From positions 1-40,455 of the forward strand of contig CP066687.1 of assembly GCA_016432405.1 (NCBI GenBank): a stretch of DNA of 40,455 bases, written 5' to 3'. The translations under genes and the position numbers were made by a program. Origin of the DNA: Candidatus Giovannonibacteria bacterium. Lineage in GTDB: Bacteria > Patescibacteriota > Minisyncoccia > UBA11713 > 2-01-FULL-45-33. This document shows, in pieces, positions 1 to 8,773 of the stretch. Positions within the stretch are counted from its first letter, which is position 1. Every line of letters starts with the position of its first letter. Under the pieces are notes generated by a model. The model was not told the origin of the DNA. It searched no databases and saw only the letters and a program-made list of their open reading frames with translations.

Positions 1-306
1 CCCTACGCCCTCAACCGCCGTAAGTTCCGAAATATTCACCGGAATTTTCTTCTTTAGTTTTTCGTATTCGGCAAATTTACTCCCGCGAAGAAGCGTTTCT
101 ATATGGTAAGCGATGCCCTTGCCCACTCCGGGTATATTAAGCAAGGCGCCTGCGCCGCCTTCTTTATAAATCTCCCTTATTTCCCTGTCCAGCGCTTCAA
201 CGCCAAGCGCGGCTTTCTCATACGCCTGCGGCTTGAAGAGAACTCCCTCCATCTCATAGAGTTCAGCCATCTCATACAAAATTTTGGCGATTTCCTGATT
301 GGCCAT
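1..306 (-). CDS. Family X DNA polymerase (PolX-like), N-terminal part only; continues past the window edge
   Basis: Not in the ORF track because it has no stop in the window. Reverse translation from ATG at 306-304 gives MANQEIAKILYEMAELYEMEGVLFKPQAYEKAALGVEAL...LLNIPGVGKGIAYHIETLL. This is a helix-hairpin-helix N-terminus typical of PolX. Confidence 0.55.
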   Translation of the reverse strand, partial: MANQEIAKILYEMAELYEMEGVLFKPQAYEKAALGVEALDREIREIYKEGGAGALLNIPGVGKGIAYHIETLLRGSKFAEYEKLKKKIPVNISELTAVEGVG

Positions 307-541
307 TAAGAATATTTTAGCACCAATAAATCTTATCCACAGCCCCGGCTTGCGCATCCCTTAATGTTTTGGGATAATGAAAGCAGGTAACAATTTGCCC
401 GTTTATCGAGCTGGCGCAAGCAAAGCGTGCCAAAACAATGTTTGCCGTCTGGCAACATCATTAAGCTCAACCGAGCATATCCCGCGCTCTTCGCTCGCGC
501 TAATATTTAGTTCCCTACCATCAACAATATTTCCTCTTTTA

Positions 542-574
542 CCCCCGTGTCCTCGCACCGGGGGACAGTTTTTT
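542..574 (+). terminator. GC-rich hairpin plus T6, terminator-like on the plus strand
   Basis: CCCCCGTG-tcctcg-CACCGGGGG (8 bp with one bulge) is followed 4 nt later by TTTTTT. It lies 17 nt beyond the stop of the minus-strand MFS-like gene, where it has no U-tract, so strand and role are uncertain. Confidence 0.3.
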
Positions 575-580
575 ATATTA

Positions 581-1237
581 TTAATGTTTTGTTGCCGGAT
601 TTTTAGGAATCGGCGTAAAGGGCGGAAGGGCGGCCGGCCGAGCGCCGTCAAGCAAAGGGTAAAGACGAATCAAAACAAAAAACACGACGAAGTTTATAGC
701 TCCGGCCAAGATAAAAAGCAATCTAAATCCGAAAATATCCGCGAGCACTCCTCCTATCGCAGCTCCTATTGCGCTGGAAATAGTGAGCCCTCCCACACTA
801 AACAAACTCCACTCAAAGCCCTCCGCTCCTTTGTCCACATGGCGCGCAAACAAGGAATAATAAGACGCCATAAGCGCCGCGGAGCTAAAACCCGCCAATA
901 TTTCCAGTGTGTAAAGATGCCAAATTTGCGATATAAAAATGAGGGCAAAAGGATACAATACCTCAATTAGCGCTCCGGCCATGAGGATATAAAAATCATC
1001 TCTTTCGCCTTTTTTAGTATCCAAAACTTTCGCTAACGGAATCTGTAAAACTGACTTTGCGATAGCGTAAAGCGCCAAAGCAAAACCGACCGTTTTTAAA
1101 GTCGCGCCTTCAATAAAACCCGTGATAAAAATAGCAAAAAGCGGCCCGAAGAGCCCCGCGGCCACGTTAATGGCAAAAAGATAAACCAGCAAAATCTGCA
1201 CAGCTCGGTTTACGGTGATGTTTATGTGAATGCGCAT
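581..1237 (-). CDS. Half-size MFS-like membrane protein (about 6 TM)
   Basis: 218-aa ORF that is hydrophobic throughout with MFS-like helices. Its ATG is immediately downstream of the UDG stop. Confidence 0.5.
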   Translation of the reverse strand: MRIHINITVNRAVQILLVYLFAINVAAGLFGPLFAIFITGFIEGATLKTVGFALALYAIAKSVLQIPLAKVLDTKKGERDDFYILMAGALIEVLYPFALIFISQIWHLYTLEILAGFSSAALMASYYSLFARHVDKGAEGFEWSLFSVGGLTISSAIGAAIGGVLADIFGFRLLFILAGAINFVVFFVLIRLYPLLDGARPAALPPFTPIPKNPATKH

Positions 1238-1239
1238 AA

Positions 1240-1881
1240 TTAGAATAAAGAGGTTTGTTTGGTCGCCTCTCTTTTCTCTTCTATCTTAACACCTTCATCA
1301 TTTTTTAATAACTCCGGCAATTTTTTAAAATCCGCTTCCAAATCTTTTAAAACCTGCGTTGAACGTAGTGCGGCGGCGGGGTGGTAAAGAGAAACAATAA
1401 TCCGTCCGTCAATTTTCTGAACCTTGCCGTGGTCTCTGGAAATTTTCGCCTCCGGCAAAAAGTAGGCCATTGCAAACCTCCCGAGCGCGACTATCATTTT
1501 TGGATTTATTATTTCTATCTGCTTCGTAAGATACGGCTTATACGCTTCAATCTCCTTCGGCAGTGGGTCTCTATTTTCCGGCGGACGCCTTTTTAAAATG
1601 TTGGTGATATACACCCCCACACCAAAATTTTTTGTGTGGGGGTAAACGGCTTCTCGCGGCCAGCCAATACTAGCAAGTAGTTTGTCAAGCAATTTCCCCG
1701 CCTGCCCAACGAAAGGCCTTACCAACCTGTCCTCATGAAACCCCGGCCCCTCGCCGATAAACATTACCTCCGCGTCCGGGCTCCCCTCCCCAAAAACCAA
1801 ATTCGCCGTCCCATAAAGCGGCAGTGATTTATCCGCCTCCATTTCTTTTTTTAGATTCTCTAATGCTTCGTTTTTATCCAT
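1240..1881 (-). CDS. Uracil-DNA glycosylase, family 4
   Basis: The GEGPGFHEDRLVRPFVGQAGKLLDKLL motif (GEAPG-type) and a C-terminal HPAA motif are characteristic of family 4 UDG. Confidence 0.85.
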   Translation of the reverse strand: MDKNEALENLKKEMEADKSLPLYGTANLVFGEGSPDAEVMFIGEGPGFHEDRLVRPFVGQAGKLLDKLLASIGWPREAVYPHTKNFGVGVYITNILKRRPPENRDPLPKEIEAYKPYLTKQIEIINPKMIVALGRFAMAYFLPEAKISRDHGKVQKIDGRIIVSLYHPAAALRSTQVLKDLEADFKKLPELLKNDEGVKIEEKREATKQTSLF

Positions 1882-1986
1882 AGTCCCAATTTATTTTACA
1901 TTTCTTTTGAGATTCGGCGATGCATTAATGATCAAAATATTTATCATGGATAGCATAAGGGTATCACTGTGCTCAAAAAATTTCAA

Positions 1987-2024
1987 ACTAAACACTCAAG
2001 GCCGAACGGTTAATGATGTTTAGT
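1987..2024 (-). promoter_or_regulatory. 38-nt palindromic box A, downstream of regulator 1 and upstream of UDG
   Basis: ACTAAACACTCAAGGCCGAACGGTTAATGATGTTTAGT. Outer arms are ACTAAACA/TGTTTAGT with an inner CCG..CGG core. It aligns position for position with boxes B and C. Confidence 0.6.
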
Positions 2025-2068
2025 CACATAATTAGTCGCATAAACAAACCAGAAATTTACGGAGTGCA

Positions 2069-2629
2069 TTATGAAATATTTAGAGTACCAGCACGCCCAA
2101 TACTAACGATGTGCACAAACCCCCTTAAACCCAGAGCTTCCAATGCCTCAAAAAAAACTTGCGGCATGGGACGTCGCCCCAACCAAACGCTTTTCTGCAA
2201 CATTTCATAACCGTAACTCGCAAGTTCGATTCTTAACCAAAGCCGTTTTTTGCGATCGCGTTCCGGAATATCAAAGATAATCAAGCGGATAACTCCGTCC
2301 TCCGGTGGCAAAACGGGTCTAGGGTTATAATTTACTTTGTGAATAAATTTCTTACCTAAATCCGTGATGTGCCATCCTTTTGTGTTTTTTGCTACTAACT
2401 TCTGTCTCTGCAATCTCTGAAGAGTTGAATGAAAAGTCTGCTTAGAAAATCCGTGCGATTTGTCCAATCCTAAAATCTCCCTCCACACTCTCGCTTCCGG
2501 ATACTTGGCAGGAAAAAATGCGTCAACGGTGCCGTATCCGATTTCTCCCAACTTCTTCAAAATCAAAGTGGCGATACTAGGCCTCCTAATTAAAGGTTCG
2601 CTTTTTGGTTTTACCTTGTGGCGCTTCAT
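2069..2629 (-). CDS. PaaX-like transcriptional regulator (N-terminal winged HTH plus C-terminal Cas2/PaaX-type fold), paralog 1
   Basis: C-terminal IIFDIPERDRKKRLWLRIELASYGYEMLQKSVWLG matches the PaaX/Cas2-like pattern (fDIPE..R..lr..L...G...LQ.SVW). The N-terminal half is wHTH-like. It is a paralog of 13222-13791. Confidence 0.6.
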   Translation of the reverse strand: MKRHKVKPKSEPLIRRPSIATLILKKLGEIGYGTVDAFFPAKYPEARVWREILGLDKSHGFSKQTFHSTLQRLQRQKLVAKNTKGWHITDLGKKFIHKVNYNPRPVLPPEDGVIRLIIFDIPERDRKKRLWLRIELASYGYEMLQKSVWLGRRPMPQVFFEALEALGLRGFVHIVSIGRAGTLNIS

Positions 2630-2637
2630 AAACCTAT

Positions 2638-2675
2638 ACTATACACTCAAGACCGGTCGGTCAATATTGTTTAGT
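2638..2675 (-). promoter_or_regulatory. 38-nt palindromic box B overlapping the promoter of regulator 1
   Basis: ACTATACACTCAAGACCGGTCGGTCAATATTGTTTAGT. In minus sense it contains TTGACC (2664-2659), a 17-nt spacer and TAGTAT (2641-2636). The -10 ends 6 nt before the ATG at 2629, which implies a leaderless mRNA. Confidence 0.6.
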
Positions 2676-2698
2676 CTCTATAACCATCAATTTTATTT

Positions 2699-3310
2699 TT
2701 ATTTCTGTGCGTAATTTCTATTTCTTAAAATATGAATCAGTGTTGGCAGGATGGAAACAACAATTATTACCAAAATTATCGGGATAAGATATTTATCCAC
2801 GCCCGGAATAGTGGCGCCCAAAAAATAACCGAGCCAAGTTATGCCCAAGGCCCAAAGCGCGGCGCCCAAAATGTTATAAAAAAAGAATGTCGGATAATGC
2901 ATCCTGCCGACCCCAGCCAAAATCGGCGCGAAGGTGCGGACAATCGGCAAAAAACGGGCGAGCACTAAAGTTTTCGCTCCATGCCGCTCGTAAAAAATTC
3001 TCGCGCGCTCCAGATGGTCTCTATGAAAAAGCCATGAATCTTCGCAGCTGAAAATCGCCGGCCCGACTTTTTTGCCGAAAGAATAGCCGAAGTTATCCCC
3101 CAAAATCGCCGCAAGAAACATAAGCAGGGCAAGCGGCCAGACGTTCAAAAATCCCTGCGAGGCCAAAAACCCGGCGGTAAAAAGAAGCGAGTCCCCCGGC
3201 AGAAAAAAACCTATAAATAACCCGGACTCCGCGAACACGATTACAAAAAGCCCCGCGTATCCCGCAGTTTTTATGAGCGAAACCAAATCCCAGCCGGCTA
3301 GAAATTCCAT
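2699..3310 (-). CDS. DedA/SNARE-associated family membrane protein
   Basis: GLFIGFFLPGDSLLFTAGFLA and RFLPIVRTFAPILAGV are DedA signature segments. Confidence 0.85.
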   Translation of the reverse strand: MEFLAGWDLVSLIKTAGYAGLFVIVFAESGLFIGFFLPGDSLLFTAGFLASQGFLNVWPLALLMFLAAILGDNFGYSFGKKVGPAIFSCEDSWLFHRDHLERARIFYERHGAKTLVLARFLPIVRTFAPILAGVGRMHYPTFFFYNILGAALWALGITWLGYFLGATIPGVDKYLIPIILVIIVVSILPTLIHILRNRNYAQK

Positions 3311-3345
3311 AAGTTTTAGCTTAACATAAATATAAAGAAGGTTAT

Positions 3346-3900
3346 ATGAACCATAACCAACACGATTTAGTGCAAGACTTGGCGATTATGGCGTTGAGCG
3401 TGCTTATCGCCGTCATTTTGGCGACAACCGATATTCTTGCAAAAATACTCGCCTCTGCCCAAGAATTGAAACTTCTTGGCAGTTTTATCGCCGGAATGTT
3501 TTTTACATCGGTTTTTACAGTCGCCCCTGCCGTAGTCGCGCTCGGCAAAATCGCCCAAGCCAATTCCGCGCTACAAGTTGCCATTTTTGGAGCGGCGGGA
3601 GCGGTGGTGGGCGACTTAATAATTTTCCGCTTCGTCAGGGACCGGCTTTCCGGGCACCTCGCGGAGCTGATGCGGAATCGCGGCGTCTGGAAAAGAATCT
3701 CGGCGCTTTTTAAGCTCAAATCCTTCCGATGGGTCGCTTTTTTTGTCGGGGGGCTGATTATCGCCTCCCCTCTCCCTGACGAGGCAGGGGTGAGTTTAAT
3801 GGGACTTTCAAAAATAAAAACTTCGTGGTTCATCCCGCTTTCGTTCGCGTTTAATTTCGCGGGCATTTTGCTCATAGCCGCGGCCGCCAAAGCTCTATGA
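3346..3900 (+). CDS. Hypothetical membrane protein (4-5 TM), translationally coupled to the P-type ATPase
   Basis: 184-aa hydrophobic ORF. Its TGA stop overlaps the ATPase ATG (ATGA at 3897-3900). Confidence 0.55.
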   Translation: MNHNQHDLVQDLAIMALSVLIAVILATTDILAKILASAQELKLLGSFIAGMFFTSVFTVAPAVVALGKIAQANSALQVAIFGAAGAVVGDLIIFRFVRDRLSGHLAELMRNRGVWKRISALFKLKSFRWVAFFVGGLIIASPLPDEAGVSLMGLSKIKTSWFIPLSFAFNFAGILLIAAAAKAL

Positions 3901-6500
3901 AACCCTTAAACAAAGAAGTTGAACGGATGTCTTTTTGGGCGCTTGCGGCGGAGGAAGCCGCAAGCATTCTGCAAACAGATTTGCAAAACGGCCTCTCCGA
4001 AAAGGAAATTAAAAATCGCGTCCAAATATTCGGGCCGAACGTGATTGAAAAACCGCGCCGCGCCGCAGGCCTCGCCATTTTTTTAAACCAATTTAAAAGC
4101 CCTTTGATTTTAATTCTTTGTTTCGCCGGCCTGACGACGCTTTTTATAGCCCATTACCGCGACGCGATTTTTATTTTGGCGGCGGTAGCCGTAAACGCGA
4201 TTTTAGGATTTTATCAGGAATATAAAGCTGAAAAAGCACTCGCGGAACTTAAAACTTATCTCAAAGAGCGCTCGCGGGTTGTGCGCAGCGGGGTGGAACG
4301 CGAAATTGACGCGGGAAATCTCGTGCCCGGCGACATCATCCGCCTTGCCCAAGGCGACCGCGTTCCGGCGGACGGGAGGATTGCTTCCGCGAACGACTTG
4401 CAAGCGGACGAAGCAATTCTTACCGGCGAATCGTTGCCGGTAATAAAATCTGCCGACCCGGCGGGGCGGGGCGCAATCCTCCCGGACCAGAATTCAATGG
4501 TGTTTGCCGGAACGCTTATCACTCAAGGGGCCGGCACCGCGATAGTATGCCGCACGGATTTTTTTACGGAACTCGGAAAAATCGCCTCGCTCGTAACTGA
4601 ATCGCGGAGCGAAGAAACTCCCCTGCAGACAGCTATCAGGCGTTTCAGCGTGCGCGCCAGTATTTTACTTGGGGCGCTTACGCTCCTGATTTTCGGAGCG
4701 GGCATAGCGTTGGGACATTCGCCGCTGGAGATGTTTTTGATATCGGTTGCCATTGCCGTCTCGGCGGTGCCCGAGGGCTTGCCCGTTGCCCTTACCGTGA
4801 TTCTGGCGATAGGGGTGGAACGCATGGCCAAGAAAAAAGGCGTCATCAGAAAATTGGTCGCCGCGGAAGCGCTGGGGAGCACAACAGTCATACTCACGGA
4901 TAAAACGGGGACGCTGACCATGGCAAAAATGGAACTTAGCAAAATACTGCCTGCTGCAGGAGAAGAGAAAAAACGACTGCTTGAACTGGCAATTCTCAAC
5001 ACCAACGTGCTCATTGAAAATCCGAACGACTCCGTTTCGGAATGGCGGGTGAGCGGCAAGATAATGGAAACGGCTCTGGTGCAGCACGCGGCTCTGCGCG
5101 GAGTAACGATGAGCGAAATAAAAAATAAAATGCAGATTTTGGGTTCTATGCCGTTTAACGCCGTAAATAAATTCTCCGCCGCGCTGGTGCATGAACGCGG
5201 AAAGCATTTCTTGGTCTTTTTGGGCGCGCCGGATATTCTCATCAGCCACTCCGCTTTGGGCGCGGGGGAGCAAAAAGAGGCCCTGGAACGGGTAAACAGA
5301 TTGGCCGCCTCCGGTGAGCATGTTTTGGGAGTGGCTCTTAAAAAAATTGGCGCGGAAAAAGATTTTGACTTTTCAAAAGATTTAAAATTAACCCGTCTTT
5401 CTTTCACGGGACTGATTACTTTCTCCGACCCAGTGCGGCCCGGCGCCAAAGAAACAATCCGCCGTATTGAGCGCGCCGGGATAAAAACAATTATCGTTAG
5501 CGGCGACCATCAGGGCACGGCGGAGGCGGTGGCAAAAGAAGTGGGCATGCAGATTGATAAAGAAAACGTTCTGGACGCGAGCGAACTGGCGTCTTTGTCC
5601 GACGCCGATTTAAAAGCGCGCCTGCCAAAGCTTCGCGTCATCTCGCGGGTATCGCCCACCGACAAAGTCAGAATCTTAAAAGCATTTCAAGAAGCGGGCG
5701 AAGTGGTGGCCATGACCGGAGACGGCGTAAACGACGCGCCATCAATAAAACAGGCGGATATAGGCATCGCCATGGGTTCAGGGACGGAAGTGGCGCGAGA
5801 CGTGGCCGATTTGGTGCTCTTGGACAATAATTTAGAAACGATTGCCGCGGCGGTGGCGGAAGGACGCCAAATTATGAATAACATCCGCAAAGTTATTGTA
5901 TATCTTCTCTCCAGCGCGGCCGATGAGCTGTTTCTCATAGGCGGAGCGCTGGTTCTGGGCATCGCGCTTCCGCTCAACGCCCTTCAGATTCTCTGGGTTA
6001 ATTTTTTTTCAGACAGCTTTCCGGCGATCGCCTTCGCCTTTGAAAAGGATATTGACGGGCTTGAGGTTCGCGCGCGGAGCGCCAAAGCCGGCATTTTTGA
6101 CCCGCTGATGAAATTTTTAATCCTCTTCATCGGCATTGTCACAAGCGCCTTTTTGTTCGCGCTTTACTGGATACTGCTCCGGGCCGGGTTCCCTGAAGAG
6201 CTTGTAAAAACATTTATCTTCGCAAGTTTCGGAAGCTACAGTCTATTTTTGGCGTTTTCCGTAAGAAGCCTGGAGAAAAACATTGTTGCTTATCCGCCGC
6301 TGTCCAATAGTTATTTGGTCGCCGGCGTTTCCATCGGCATTGCGCTGATGCTGGCGGCAATTTATATCGCGCCGCTGCAGCGGCTCTTTGGCACGGTTGC
6401 TCTGCCGCCGCTCTGGCTCTTGGGAGTTTTTCTCATCGGCGCGCTGAATATCGCTGCTGTTGAGTTTGGGAAATGGCTTTTCCGGCCGAAAGGACTATAG
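3897..6500 (+). CDS. P-type cation-transporting ATPase (type II, Ca2+/cation-like)
   Basis: TGES, DKTGTLT (phosphorylation site) and TGDGVNDAP motifs are present. The protein is 867 aa with N- and C-terminal TM bundles. Confidence 0.9.
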   Translation: MKPLNKEVERMSFWALAAEEAASILQTDLQNGLSEKEIKNRVQIFGPNVIEKPRRAAGLAIFLNQFKSPLILILCFAGLTTLFIAHYRDAIFILAAVAVNAILGFYQEYKAEKALAELKTYLKERSRVVRSGVEREIDAGNLVPGDIIRLAQGDRVPADGRIASANDLQADEAILTGESLPVIKSADPAGRGAILPDQNSMVFAGTLITQGAGTAIVCRTDFFTELGKIASLVTESRSEETPLQTAIRRFSVRASILLGALTLLIFGAGIALGHSPLEMFLISVAIAVSAVPEGLPVALTVILAIGVERMAKKKGVIRKLVAAEALGSTTVILTDKTGTLTMAKMELSKILPAAGEEKKRLLELAILNTNVLIENPNDSVSEWRVSGKIMETALVQHAALRGVTMSEIKNKMQILGSMPFNAVNKFSAALVHERGKHFLVFLGAPDILISHSALGAGEQKEALERVNRLAASGEHVLGVALKKIGAEKDFDFSKDLKLTRLSFTGLITFSDPVRPGAKETIRRIERAGIKTIIVSGDHQGTAEAVAKEVGMQIDKENVLDASELASLSDADLKARLPKLRVISRVSPTDKVRILKAFQEAGEVVAMTGDGVNDAPSIKQADIGIAMGSGTEVARDVADLVLLDNNLETIAAAVAEGRQIMNNIRKVIVYLLSSAADELFLIGGALVLGIALPLNALQILWVNFFSDSFPAIAFAFEKDIDGLEVRARSAKAGIFDPLMKFLILFIGIVTSAFLFALYWILLRAGFPEELVKTFIFASFGSYSLFLAFSVRSLEKNIVAYPPLSNSYLVAGVSIGIALMLAAIYIAPLQRLFGTVALPPLWLLGVFLIGALNIAAVEFGKWLFRPKGL

Positions 6501-7637
6501 CACCTGGTAGAAAATTTCGTAGAGAATGCTGGCGGCGAATATCAAAAAGAGCGCGGTTTTCTGGAGCGCCCCGAACGGCAAAAATCTTTCCTCCGCGATG
6601 CCGAGTTTTCTCATTTTGTGCAGAATGAAAATAATGAAAAAACTGTCCAAGGCGATAAAAATACCGCCAACAATAGAAATTATTTTTACAAAATCAGTCA
6701 GCCCAAAAAGAAAAAAGGCCGCGGGAACTACCACGCTTAAAATCCAAGCGTTGATTTTAGAAATCCCCACATCCAGACGATAAATTTGTTTAAGATCGTA
6801 TGCTAAAACCAAAAAAGAAGTGAATACCGCTAAAAATCCGACAATCGCCCCCAAAAGCACCGCGGAGCGCCCCAAAACCCCCTCAAGAGAAGAAATCGCG
6901 TCCTCCGAGACTAATCCATCTACGGCCATAAGCGCGGCGACAATAAAGATCGCGTATAAAATGAGCGGAATAATCGTGCCCAAAATAATTACTTTTTTTA
7001 ACGGTTTTTTCCCTTCGACATTTCTGAATATGAAAATATCATAAGCATCCGGTATCACCGAGAGTCCAGTGAGCGCGAAAACAAAAACGCCGAAAACAAA
7101 AAACGGGTCTCCGCCATAAATAGGAATATTAGCGACGCCTCCCTTCCCAAAAGCCAAAAAGGAAATAAAAAGAATCGCCAAAATCATAGGCATAGTTAAA
7201 ATAAAATTTAAAAAACCTATCCCCTCAATATTTTCAAAAAGCAAAATCAGGGCGGAGGCCGTCAAAAAAAATAAAGTCCACCAAAATGAAGAACCGCCGA
7301 AGATTGTAGATAAAAAAATCCCGCCCAAGACCGCGTAAATCAGAAGCGTCGCGTTAAAAAAAATTATCTGCCCTGCTTTATTTAAATTTCCGGCAAACTT
7401 GCCAAGATAGGCCCTCACATATCCGGGCAAACGATGCCGCTTCTCCGTATTGACGACTATCTCTCCGTAAGCAAGATGTATAGACATAACCGCAAAGAGC
7501 GCGAGGCCGGCGGCGATCAAAGACGCCCAAAGGCCGGAAACGGATACGGCGTAAGGCAACGCGAACATCCCGGAGCCGATTATCATCCCGCCGAAAACCC
7601 CTACCGCCTCCCAATATGGAGATTTTAAAAATTTCAT
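6495..7637 (-). CDS. Amino-acid permease-like transporter (Trp/Tyr permease-type)
   Basis: 380 aa with about 11 TM. The N-terminal GMIIGSGMFALPYAVSVSG resembles aromatic/hydroxy amino-acid permeases. It overlaps the ATPase 3' end convergently by 6 nt. Confidence 0.6.
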   Translation of the reverse strand: MKFLKSPYWEAVGVFGGMIIGSGMFALPYAVSVSGLWASLIAAGLALFAVMSIHLAYGEIVVNTEKRHRLPGYVRAYLGKFAGNLNKAGQIIFFNATLLIYAVLGGIFLSTIFGGSSFWWTLFFLTASALILLFENIEGIGFLNFILTMPMILAILFISFLAFGKGGVANIPIYGGDPFFVFGVFVFALTGLSVIPDAYDIFIFRNVEGKKPLKKVIILGTIIPLILYAIFIVAALMAVDGLVSEDAISSLEGVLGRSAVLLGAIVGFLAVFTSFLVLAYDLKQIYRLDVGISKINAWILSVVVPAAFFLFGLTDFVKIISIVGGIFIALDSFFIIFILHKMRKLGIAEERFLPFGALQKTALFLIFAASILYEIFYQVL

Positions 7638-7652
7638 CCTGTCATTAGTTTA

Positions 7653-8105
7653 TCATTCATTGCCGTGGATAGTGCTTTCCAAAAAACGGAGCGCCCAAAG
7701 GACGAGAAGAACCAAAATCGCCGCGTAAACTGCAATCGCCGAAAAGCCGAACCCTGCCGCCATGCCTATGGCGGCGGTCGCCCAGAGCCCGGCCGCCGTG
7801 GTAAGCCCCTCCATATGCCCGCCGCGCATAAAAATGAGCCCTGCGCCGATGAAGCCGATACCCACCACAACATTGGCGGCAATTCGCGCCGGGTCAAAAG
7901 AAGTGCCCGCGACACTGGCGGAGGAAAGTATCGTAAAAAGCGCCGCCCCCAAAGCGACAAGCGTGTAAGTCCGCAGCCCCGCCGGCTTTCTCCGGTGCTC
8001 TCTTTCAAAACCGATTATCATCCCCAAAACCGCGGCCAGCGTCAGCTGTTTTATCATCCAAACGGTTTCCGGAGTCAAAAAATCGCCGTACATAGTTTTA
8101 AACAT
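7653..8105 (-). CDS. MgtC/SapB family membrane protein
   Basis: LGMIIGFEREHRRKPAGLRTYTLVALGAALFT is the MgtC family signature. Confidence 0.8.
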   Translation of the reverse strand: MFKTMYGDFLTPETVWMIKQLTLAAVLGMIIGFEREHRRKPAGLRTYTLVALGAALFTILSSASVAGTSFDPARIAANVVVGIGFIGAGLIFMRGGHMEGLTTAAGLWATAAIGMAAGFGFSAIAVYAAILVLLVLWALRFLESTIHGNE

Positions 8106-8670
8106 TAATTGTTTTTCCTTTTTTTACGAGCTCCAAAACTTTCTCAACCAGGCGCTTCGGGTCCGGGTCGTAAACAATGTTCCCCGGTCCGCGTTCGGAT
8201 TTGGCGATGATGTCCTTGATAACCTCCGTGGAGCCGCCGGAGCCGTCCAAAACCCCTATGGGCTTGCCGTCTTCCAGCGCGATGGTAAATTCGTTAATCG
8301 TCCCCCATCTGCCGCAGCCGACAATCACCGCGTCAGCCGTGCGCGTGAGCAAAAGATTTCTTCCCGAATATCCGAATCCGGTGTAGACGATGATATCCAT
8401 ATAATCCACAGGCAGCTGATAGGCCTCAATATGTTCCTTTTCGGATGAGGCCGGGGAAAGGCCTATTGTAAATCCGCCGGCTTCTTTGGCGCCAATCGCC
8501 GCCCACATCGGGAAGCCGGTTGTGGCGCCATTAACCAAAACCGCGCCGGACTTTGCTATTTCCTGCCCCAAAATTTTGGCTTTCTCCAAAGTATCCGGCG
8601 AGCAATGGCCAGTCTCGGCCGCCCCCGACACGCAGATTTTGTATTTAAGATGGATATGCTTTCCGTCCAT
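8098..8670 (-). CDS. TIGR00725/LOG-like (SLOG) Rossmann-fold protein
   Basis: ICVSGAAETG...VLVNGATTGFPMWAAIGAKEAGGFTIGLSP and GCGRWGTINEF resemble the LOG/TIGR00725 family. Confidence 0.65.
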   Translation of the reverse strand: MDGKHIHLKYKICVSGAAETGHCSPDTLEKAKILGQEIAKSGAVLVNGATTGFPMWAAIGAKEAGGFTIGLSPASSEKEHIEAYQLPVDYMDIIVYTGFGYSGRNLLLTRTADAVIVGCGRWGTINEFTIALEDGKPIGVLDGSGGSTEVIKDIIAKSERGPGNIVYDPDPKRLVEKVLELVKKGKTINV

Positions 8671-8694
8671 TGTTTAATTGTAGCAAAAAAATTA

Positions 8695-8741
8695 AAAAAA
8701 ATAAAAAGAGACGCCGGATGTTCAGAGCGAACACCCGGCGT
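8695..8741 (-). terminator. Intrinsic terminator of the 8774-9445 cassette
   Basis: Minus sense reads ACGCCGGGTGTTC-gctct-GAACATCCGGCGT followed by CTCTTTTTATTTTTTTT. Confidence 0.7.
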
Positions 8742-8773
8742 TACGGAAAGGGACAAAGAGCCAGAGGGACAAA

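Noticed and set aside
377-970. 197-aa plus-strand ORF
   Set aside because: It overlaps the hydrophobic MFS-like gene on the opposite strand. Its translation is basic and low-complexity. The 5' part lies in the structured non-coding gap.
581-1237. Pseudogenised (truncated) MFS transporter
   Set aside because: The downstream 274 bp shows no hydrophobic reading frame that could be the missing half. A genuine 6-TM half-transporter is equally plausible, so I do not call it a pseudogene.
1987-2675. REP/RAYT- or IS200/IS605-like interpretation of the gene flanked by palindromes
   Set aside because: The encoded protein shows no HUH/Y1 transposase motif and looks like a wHTH/PaaX-type regulator. The boxes overlap promoter elements. 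This reading is kept only as an alternative within the finding.
4523-5449. 308-aa and 218-aa minus-strand ORFs inside the P-type ATPase
   Set aside because: They are antisense to a gene with DKTGTLT and TGDGVNDAP motifs. Their composition is Ser/Arg/Ala-rich junk typical of GC-rich shadow frames.
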